Shown: positions 53,758 through 64,000 of the stretch, one piece after another | Numbering within the stretch: the first letter of the stretch is position 1 | How the letters are laid out: every line of letters begins with the position of its first letter | DNA from: Amoebidium appalachense | Lineage: Eukaryota > Protista > Ichthyosporea | Length of the DNA stretch: 64,000 nucleotides | Assembly: GCA_963693365.1 (NCBI GenBank) | Contig: CAVNZM010000012.1 | Location: forward strand, 1,178,001-1,242,000 | Direction of reading: 5' to 3' | Position numbers and translations under genes: made by a program | The notes under the pieces: model-generated | The model's input: the letters and a program-made list of their open reading frames with translations, nothing else | Told to the model about the DNA's origin: nothing | Database searches by the model: none

Positions 53758-54352
53758 CTCGTATTGTATTTCTCCCGAAGGTTGTAACACTGGAGATATA
53801 ACTGGAAAGAGGCAGAGGAATGAGACTTGGTCCACCATCTAGGGCTATAACCTATCACGCTAGCCATATATAGTTGGTTTGTTGCCTATGCTGACAGGTA
53901 GGTAAGAGCGACACACGATACAGACAAAGAGTAGCACGACGACAGAACACCTGGTCAAGGGCTCTCATCCATAACAAACGCCTGCGCTGTGTGTTCAAAC
54001 ATACCCATACTCTTCACACAACCAACAAAGCGTTCTATCCGCCGGCTAACAAAAGCACAAAAGCACCGACGAAGCCGTCTGGAGCTGATTTGAGGTCTAA
54101 TACACACCTTACTAACGAAGTGACACCGAGCACCGAAGCGACCGCTGACAAAGGCAGTGAATGCGTCAACCTTCAGAAAGCTTATTTGCAGCTTCCTTAC
54201 TAACGCAGAATCCGCAACCAGCAAACCAGAAAGGAAAGAAGCTGGAGGGTCGGTAACTGCCAAAAGGCCAGCGGAAGCCGGGGAGGGGGGAGGGGAAGGG
54301 GGAAGTGGGTGGGAGTGAGTGGGAGGGAAAGACAGAAAAGGACTGAGGTCCT

Positions 54353-54589
54353 ATTGGACACTTAGAAGCTTTTATAGTTGGCACGGCCAAAGAACAGAGA
54401 CGATACTAATAGAATGATAATAAACCAATAGGAGTTCAGAAAAGCCGCTTGGATCTTACTATCCAATCCTTATGCATTTTGAAAGTCGTACATCCAATAG
54501 GTTGCCTCCCTATCAGACGAGCAACCACCGTTCCCATGCCAAAGCCAAACCAGGGACTGGCTTTTATTGCTCCTTGGGAAAGTACCAAT
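54353..54589. promoter_or_regulatory. CCAAT-box cluster upstream of the JAZF1-like gene
   Basis: ATTGG at 54353 and CCAAT at 54425, 54463, 54494 and 54585. Confidence 0.55.
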
Positions 54590-56184
54590 CAAAAAGTGTC
54601 AGGCTGTGCAAATAAATGCCAGATAAAGGAAAATACGGGGCACATATTATTGTGTAGGGACGTAAGCTGCGACTAGAACTATTCTAGATTATTTTGCTCA
54701 GGTATTTATTATCATATATTTATTGTTTTTTGCCCCCTTTGGCTGAAGTATTGCGAGCCAGTATATATCATTGATTCTTTATGCACTCTTGGCGGTTGCT
54801 GGTTGGGGGGTAACGTTAAAATAGTCAGGGGAGCCGTGGCTCATCAGAGTCCTGCTGAATCGTATAGATTTATCAACGAGCGCACTGATATATTAGTCAT
54901 GATGCATTATAGCATGCAAAATCTCGATTTTTAGGTGTTAAGGGCCTTTATACTCGCACGTAAAACTGAGAGTAAGTACTATAACAGGATAGCTTGTCGA
55001 GGCTTAGAGTCACGACTCGCCGCACCATGCATCAGCATATTTGTGATATCTTGAAATCTATATTTTCCAAGGGGGTGCTCGTACTATTAAAAGTGATAAA
55101 TCATCGGAGGTTGCATTTTTACATATAGCTGTTTGCTTAAAGGCGCTAAAACTAGAATTACTTTGAGATGTTATATAAATAGGTAATTTCCGATAGTTTA
55201 TGATGATAATAGCGATCAATATTCCTGACGTCGATGGTGAATCGCCACATGATCATGGCATCAGTAGAGATCTTAATCGCCTTGATATCGAGAGTCTCCA
55301 GAAAAGCTCGCATCTAGGGAGGTTTCCTGGTCGAGCCAATCGGGCGCTGGTTCTCCTGTGAATTAGCAGAGTCCTCATAGACTCCTTGATTGATACAACA
55401 CAGAAAAAGGAAAATACAAAACCATGGGCTTCAAGGTCAAGTTGAAGCATCTCAGAGCAGCGATTTCAGCGGCCATTGAAATAGTAGCTTTCTATATTAC
55501 TTCTATATTATTTAAATATAATTTGTTTTTTAACATTGGTATCAGCTCACTAAAGTTTTTAAACTAGACTGCGAGAAAATCATTCCAGTGTAAATTAGGG
55601 GTTCCATTCCGTTCAACTGCCTACTAGAGTAGGCCGTTGAATGTGGCCGGGCCTCCGGCAGTGTCCACGCAATAAAAAGTGTGTAAACCCCTGCCTGACT
55701 GCGCTGAGTGAACATGAAGTTGAAATTTCCGGCCGGGACGTTTGGCCGTGCCGAGCACGCCCGGCCGAGTACCAATATCTATAAACGCCTACAATATATA
55801 CTGTACCGAAGACATATATACTGAATACAGTCTATATCAGTGTGTGTGTGCTGCTGGCCCCACTGAGCTCCTTGCCTACACGTGGAAGTTTCTGACTTGC
55901 AAGCCAGGTCATTTGGGCGTGACGGTCATCCATTGTGTCGGATTTACAACGATACATGTACATCATGAATCCTAACCCTGCACCGCAACCTGAAGCTTTC
56001 CGTTCAGCGAAGTTCCGTTCAGAGCTAGTTCCGTAAACCCGGTAGACCCTTTAGCCTGATCCAGCCTGGGCTTCAGTCTTTTATCTCTCTCTCTCTCCCC
56101 CTCCCCCCCCCCTCCCCCCCTCTCCCTCCCTCCCTCCCCGCCCCCACCCCCCCCCTTCCCCCCCCCCCCCCCTCTCTCTCCCCC

Positions 56185-56292
<108 letters not shown>

Positions 56293-56398
56293 GTGTCTCC
56301 CTACTCTACCTCCTCTCCCTCTTTTCTCCCCCTCCCCCCTCCCATCTCTTTCTCGACTCACTGTCTCCCCCCCCCCCCCCCTCTCTCTCTCTCTTCCC

Positions 56399-56429
<31 letters not shown>

Positions 56430-57538
56430 ACTGTGGCACCTCTCTCTTATCTCCCTCCCTTGCTCCCTCTCTCCCTGGGCATCTCTCTCCCTTCCCCCCA
56501 CCCTCCCTCTCTCCTGACGAACCCACTCCTTCCATTCCACTCCTTCTCCCGCTGCCCTCCCTTCCCTTACCTCTTTCCCCCACTCCCCCCTCTTTTTGTC
56601 TCCTCTTGCGGACATAAATCAACCACATAGACATCCGAGTCGTGCCTAACATGTACAGCTCATCCGTCCCTCTTCTGCCAACGGCTCGATGGAAGATACT
56701 TCAAGCCACAATGCCAATATATGCAGGATTTTACAACGAACAATTAATGATATTGTTACTATGGTACCGAGACGAAGATGCCTTGCCAGAGGAACCGATT
56801 CTTACTACTTTGATCTCATTTTATCACATTCAACCAACGAGCTCTAGCTCAATTTTTCCCGCCATGCATGCACCCAGCAACTTAGACGACCAACCTCTTT
56901 TCCCACTATAGGTCTCCGGACCATACCTTTATTAACCAGGATGTTGTCAAAAAGGCATCACGAATACGTCCCCAACAGCAGGATGCCAACAGCTGGGCGC
57001 GCTCCCCAGCCATTCTGATCCGACTTGTTTAAAGGTGTTCTCTCTTCATAGTGCCGATCGGTGATCACTCACAGTCTTAAGCCATATTCACGCCAGCTGT
57101 GTATCTAAGATACAACTAATAAAACCTCACTGCTGACATCTATTCAACGAAGAGCGAATCCCCCCCGTTGAACCCCCTCCTACCCCCCCCCCCCCCCCCC
57201 CCCCCCCCCTTCGCACACAAACACACGCACATACACTCCTACCCTTTTCGCGCATAACACACACACACACACACACACACACCCATCCTCGAAAGTACTG
57301 GTATCACCTAAGGCTCACACACACCGCACACACAGACACAACCACACCAACTTGCTTCCTAAAAGTACATCTGTAATCACAAGGATTAAACTCAACCCGC
57401 GTTTTTATCCCACCCCGTCTCACTACTACAGCTTGCGCCCATACTCACTTTTTGCCATCCCGTTTCTACAACATAAAATGGATTCCTTCCCAGTTCAACG
57501 AGCTGTTCAGGATCTTCGGAACACCAAGTACTGCCAAT

Positions 57539-57572
<34 letters not shown>

Positions 57573-57633
57573 TGACGTGTAACCCCAACCCCCCACCCCA
57601 CCACCATTACTACCATCACCCACCCACACACCG

Positions 57634-57683
<50 letters not shown>

Positions 57684-58287
57684 CACACAGTCACACACAT
57701 ACACACACCTGCCATCCTCATAGTGCAGCCCGAGAACCATTTATAGCATAATGATACAGTAACCGGAGTTCCAGCCTTACTCATTTGCAATATGGTGGGG
57801 CTCTCTCGGAGGGTCTACTCTCGGGGCTCTTCTTCTTCTTTTTTTCTTTTGCTCTCTTGGGGTTTACACACTTTTTATTGCGTGGACAACTCTCTTGCCT
57901 GCAGGTTTCTTGTTTGCGCAATGGTGATGTCATCAGCAGCTGATTACTTCCATAATTGGGAATGTTGTTTATCCATTTTAGGTTAATCGCATATCATCTT
58001 GCTGACCAACATGTACGGAGCGAGTCGAGTTGAGAGAGCGAGCTCGGGGAGCTCGAGAGAGCATGTTTTCAACTTTGTCACTTTTGCATGCATATGGGCA
58101 AGTTTGTTCAGTGTTAACCGTGCACGTGAAAGGTGAAGCTATTATTCCAGCATGCGGTGAGAAGAGAAAAGCAGGTTACTTAGGAGAAAGAGAGCTGTAA
58201 TTTAAGTGAACTCTAGTCAAATAACGACAAGCGAGAACAACAGCATACGCGTACAATTACTCACAGCCAGCAGCCTTAACATGAAAA

Positions 58288-59419
58288 ATGTGGCGGTTCG
58301 GGGGTTGGTGGGTTGTGACCCTACTGGTTATATTCAGGACGACATACGCTTGCAGGTAAGAAAAATGTGAAAGGTTTTGAACGAATTTTCAAGCTTTCCT
58401 TTTCTTTCTTATTTTTCCTCGGGGTCATGACGCTTACAGGGGTGAACGATGCTCACTCCCCGGCACAGGTCAGATCCCCCTTACGATTGTGAACACCGAT
58501 TCTTCTTTCCCCACATGGTTCAACAAATAAAACAGGCACGGGGTTGCACATTTGTGCACGCGAATAGTTCTGGCGCTTTCATGTGGCAGATGAGACATCT
58601 TTAGCTCATGTGCAGTGCGTGTGTGCTACACCTTCCACTCATAGTGATCTTATTTGCAATGGGTGAAGGAACACTCACTTAGTGATGTTTCTTGCTGCAG
58701 TGTGGACGTGCAGGTTGACCACACCGTGCTGAGAGACGTTGCCTTTAGCCTCACAGTTCACCTCTCTCCCTACGCCAATGGTGAGCTGGTTTTTTATTTT
58801 TCTTTTTCTTTTTTTGGGGGGGTTGGGGGGAGGGGAGAGGGGAGAGGGGAGGGGGGAGGGGGGGGGGGGGGGGGGGGGGGGGAGGGGGGGGAGGGATTAG
58901 ATGCCAGAATCATGTAGGGGATCCGGGCGGCAGGGTGGGTGGGTGGGTGGGTGGGGGGGGGGGGGGGGGTAGGTATGTGTCTTGTGGGGGGGGGGGGGGT
59001 GGGGGGAGGAGCGGGGGGGGGGGGGGGTGGAGGGGTGGAGGGGGGTTAAAAGAAGTCTTAAGGGGTGACGGATGGAGTCTTGAGAAAGAGGGCGAAATCT
59101 TTTTGGGCACATCCTGTGATCTGGTGTATGATGGTACTATGGACAGTCTTCCACTCCTCCCTCGAAGGTCGTTCTATCGTACCATTTTCCTGCTTCACTT
59201 CCTCCCTCTCCCGTATGAAATCATCCCTTTGTCCCCCCACTATACCTACTTTAGCTGTTTCCTCATTTTTTCTTGTTCTGTTGACCTAGCCCCTTCCCCC
59301 CTCCTCCCCCCCGTTCTCAATCTCTACCCTCCTGTCCCCCCTCCACCCCAACACACACAGGCACACATGCACACACACGCCCCCCCCCCCCCCCCGGCCC
59401 CCGGCCCCCCCCTCCTCAC

Positions 59420-59509
<90 letters not shown>

Positions 59510-59692
59510 CACGGACACACACACACACACACACTCACTCACTCACTCACTCACTCACTCACTCACTCACTCACTCACTCACTCACTCACTCACTCACTC
59601 ACCCACTCACTCACTCACCCACTCACTCACACACTCACTCACACACACTCACGCACGCACACACTCACGCACGCACACACACACTCACGCAC

Positions 59693-59760
<68 letters not shown>

Positions 59761-60340
59761 CATTTAAACAGGCACGGTCTGGCCGACAGCCGTTCCCTAC
59801 AGAGTCTACCGGGAAGCAGACAACGTAACTTTGTCTGAGGGGACCCACAAAACGTTGAATGAAACAGAGGGGTGAGTTATACCCCAAAAATTCCAAACTC
59901 ACTCGGTTGAAAGTTGATTGTCACACATCTTGGGTCTGTTCTAGATTAGGAAATTACTTGCGGGGAATTCGGCGGCATATTCGTAAGCATATATGGACAA
60001 CTGTGTGGGAATGTCCCGTAGATATCCAAGTCTTTATAATGCAGTTTCTGAGTGATTTGAAAGGATTTGAAAGGAGATTGCACCATATTAAAGTCAAAAA
60101 ACAACATTCTCCAAGTTTTTTAAGAAGTGATATGAACGTCATCCTTGTACTATACTGACATTATAGCTAATAGACTTTAAGGGTAGCCTTGCTAGACCCC
60201 TTACACACATGCACACAGGCAGCCCATTCAAAAAATAGCTGTCGGCGGCCTTAGATTCCATACCACCGGGTCACAGACTATTGGGGTGTCTGTCGGCAAC
60301 TGCCCCCCAGCCACAGTCGATGTTTCATGGTATTGATATC

Positions 60341-60377
<37 letters not shown>

Positions 60378-60475
60378 CCTCCCTCCCCATCCTCCCCATC
60401 CTCCTCCCCCAACACACACACACACACACACGTGCGCGTGCCCACACGCACACGAACGCACACACACACACACAC

Positions 60476-60514
<39 letters not shown>

Positions 60515-60981
60515 GCAACCCGCCCCTGCAAAGTAGGGATATTGCACTATGTTCTTCTGTGTTTGTCCTTTCTGTCCTGCGTGCCACATGCTCCCCTTCT
60601 CCCCCCCCCCCCCCCCCCCCCCCCCCCGCCCCATCAACCCTCCGGGTATGCTGGGGGATGAGTTTTGTGAATGCTGCACAACCCCTTTATGCCTTGTACA
60701 CTCCCCTCCTCAACCTGCAACACTCTAAGCATCTGCAACTCATGCCCGTCAGTTTTCAAATGAATTGCAATTTTCCCATCCCAGCCCCGTCTTTCTCCAC
60801 ACACAGACCTACTCCTCCCTGCGTTGCTCTTTCCCCCCTCCCCCAGCCCCCTCCCCAGACATCTCTCATGCTATCACGCTTTCTCCCTCCCCCTCTTCCC
60901 CTCCTAAGCTAAATCTATTCTTTGTTTCACACACACACCAGACACACACATAAAAAACATGCACGAGCACGCATGCGCGCG

Positions 60982-61068
<87 letters not shown>

Positions 61069-61091
61069 CACCCCCTCCCTCCCCAACCCCC

Positions 61092-61122
<31 letters not shown>

Positions 61123-61543
61123 ACACACACACACAGTATACCAGGGTGGCTCTCTCTCCTGCCCCCCTTCATCACCATAGTCATAGCAGTAGCCGTCAAG
61201 CAGGTCTACGTGGCCCTATTTTCGGGCATTTGGATTGGTGCCACCTTCTGTGCCGAATACAATCTTCCCCTGGCTTTCCTGCGAGTAGCTGACACGTATT
61301 GTTCCTCCCCCTTCCCCCGTCTCTCCCCTTCCCCCCCCCCCCCCCCCCCCCCCCCCCAGCGGTCTTGCCAACTCATCCTCCCGCTTTCCCCTGTGCATTC
61401 CCCCCCCCCTCCCCCCCCCCCCCCCCCCCTTCCTCACCCACCCTCTCTTCCCCCCCTCACCCCCCCCCCCCCACCCCTCTCCCCGTCGTCCAAGGGTCTC
61501 CCTGCCTCCCGAACAATGGATGTACGCTCATCAAAGCATTGAC

Positions 61544-61577
<34 letters not shown>

Positions 61578-62418
61578 ACCCACCCCCCCCTTTTTTTTTT
61601 GGCATCACCAATGTTCCCCGTTGCCCCCCCCCCCCCCCCCCCCCCCCTTCTCCCCCTTTGATCGAATTCCGTATTTTTTCCCCATTTTTTCTTTGGTGCG
61701 GCTAGAATCACTTAATGGTTTCTAACTCTAAAGTTTATTCCAGGTATATGGTTGGTGCTTTTTTAAGCCGTGACCACGTGTGTGTCATCTGCATCACCTT
61801 CCTGCTCGGCGGTCTAATCGGTCTGGTGCAAAAGGTACCCCCCCCCCCCCCCCCCCCCCCCCCTCCCCCCCGCCCCAAACTCACACACAATGTGCAGTTC
61901 AAACTCGCAAGAACTTGCTCTCTGAGTTTAGTGGTGTTCGTGTTTGATTGCATTGATTCCTTCGCCATTTCAGCATACTTGAAAACGGAGGTCAAACTAT
62001 ATTATGGCAAAACTAACGACTGATGTGAAGTAGAGCTCTGATGTCATAACGATGGTACTGACGGCGTTAGACAATAAGAGATAAACTGTCACAAACAATT
62101 AAATGATGCCCTTTGAATTGGTGTATATTCTAAACAACGGCCCCAACAAACTGGCATCCCCTTGTCTCAAATGACACCATGCGCTTTACGGCACTATCAT
62201 TTCAATCACTAACGGTCGGGATTGGAGGGAAACGGCCTTTTTACATATATGACATTTAAATTTGCACTATAGTTATAATGAGAACAAGAGCAATGACTCC
62301 AAGTAAGTGGCTAGGCTCTAAGAATCGAAAGATTGGAGAGAGGGACTAAAAACTCCGAAGAAATGGGCAAAAGACTAATTCCGAGCGCTTAGCTCATTAT
62401 AAAAGAGAATATATATCT

Positions 62419-62457
<39 letters not shown>

Positions 62458-62621
62458 GCCAGTTTTCTTGTCACTATCCTGATGTGGTATTTTCAGGCAG
62501 GGGGTGGGCTGGGCCTAGCCGAGCTAGTGACCCGATTTGCTACGGATGAGCGTCGTGCTGAACTTGCATGTGTCGGACTGGGTGCTTTGATCTTCTTTGA
62601 CGACTACTGTAGGTCGGAATT

Positions 62622-62678
<57 letters not shown>

Positions 62679-63025
62679 CCCAAAAAAATGAAAACCCTCC
62701 CCCTCCCCCCTCCCCCCACTCCCAACCCCACCTTTTTTCCTCTCTCTTTTTTCTTCTTCTTCTCAAGGGCTACATTTAAGGTATTTTTTGTGACACTTTT
62801 TGTTTTGTCTTTTGGTGTCTCCCTCTCCATATTTCCAATCCTCTGATGCATTACCCCCCCCCCCTCTCCCCCCCTTTGCTTCCAAGTGCTCGGCATGCCC
62901 GATGAGAATGCTAAGGGCCTGACAGACAGACACACATACCGACGTTCAACCTTGAACACAGGCACTCACTATTATTGAATTCGTCTAACGATTGAACGTA
63001 GCTCATGTTAACACAAATACGCACG

Positions 63026-63059
<34 letters not shown>

Positions 63060-63146
63060 AGTACACAAGCACACAAGCACACAAGCACACGTAACCCCCC
63101 CCTCCCCCTTCCCCCAACACGCACACGCACGCACGCACACGCACAC

Positions 63147-63187
<41 letters not shown>

Positions 63188-63251
63188 GCACACAAGCACA
63201 CAAGCACACGTAGCCCCCCCTCCCCCTTCCCCCAACACGCACATGCGCGCA

Positions 63252-63350
<99 letters not shown>

Positions 63351-63650
63351 CATCCTCATAGTAGGCAACAGCCTCCGTAGCATCATGCGGCAGGTGCACG
63401 TGCCTGTGGAGACATTTGCATTCATTGTCCACTCTGTCGGTGTGTGCATCTCCTGTTGGTGCCCCATCTCAAGGTATCTCCCCCCCCCCCCCTGATGTTG
63501 CATACTTGAATGTTTGCCTTTGCATGTGTCCTGCACCATGCTTCTCATCGTGTATGCCTACTTCGTACCGTGTTCCGCATTCAAACCCCCCTCCTCTTCC
63601 CCGTCTTGGCTTTTCCCCCATTATTTTTTTTTCGTGCTAACCTGTGTGCA

Positions 63651-63703
<53 letters not shown>

Positions 63704-63939
63704 AAAAAAAAAAAACCAGTTTTGTGTGCCAATTCGTTGGGGAGGGAATCGGCAGGCAGTAAAATAGCAGACATTAGACAAGCTGGGGCAACATAAATCT
63801 GACCAGTGTGGATGCAGTTGGGTGGGTGTGCAGGTGGGCTACATCTCGTCGTCATATGCAGTGGCCGGAATTGAGGTTGACCCGTTCATGGAGTTTCTGC
63901 GCACTATTCCCCTGCGCTTCTTTCCAATCATGATGCTCG
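58288..63939 (+). CDS. NhaC-family (Na+/H+ antiporter-like) membrane transporter with signal peptide; continues past the window end
   Basis: Exons 58288-58355, 58701-58780, 59772-59824, 59945-59982, 60219-60329, 61137-61295, 61744-61834, 62497-62612, 63351-63473, 63818-63939. Motifs [52 protein letters not shown] and [15 protein letters not shown]. Confidence 0.85.
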
Positions 63940-64000
63940 GTACGTGCCCCCCCCCCCCCCCCCCCCCTCCCCCCCTCTTTCCACCTCCTTCCCTCCCTCT

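Noticed and set aside
56640-57100. Short ORFs in non-repetitive sequence upstream of the NhaC gene
   Set aside because: No recognisable motif or consistent exon chain on either strand.

Overview
Eukaryotic genomic DNA, probably from a non-animal opisthokont such as a unicellular holozoan. That placement is inference: animal-like HSL and JAZF1 genes sit beside a bacterial-type NhaC transporter. Nearly all ORFs in the supplied track are artefacts of poly-C/G and (CA)n/(GT)n tracts, so I assembled the real, spliced genes by hand from splice sites and frame continuity. In order: the 3' part of a BRO1/ALIX/HD-PTP-like gene (+, 76-8740); a secreted Thr-rich prepro-protein (-, 13095-14868); a DNA-transposon cluster (about 15.2-22.1 kb) with a TA-flanked MITE, an internally deleted pogo-like element carrying a 110-bp palindrome at its end, and a TTAA-flanked MITE; a hormone-sensitive-lipase-like gene of about 22 exons (-, about 23.5-43.4 kb) with two GC-AG introns and a long C-terminal extension; a disrupted KCTD-type BTB gene (+); a JAZF1/Sfp1-like C2H2 gene (-); and an intron-rich NhaC-family antiporter (+) running off the window. 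The most striking signal is intron architecture. In the long-intron genes, weak donors are followed directly by sense-strand poly(C), acceptors are preceded by sense-strand (CA)n, and two families of 70-140 bp cassettes recur in sense orientation between the poly(C) tracts. The short-intron genes instead use consensus donors and CTAAC branch points.
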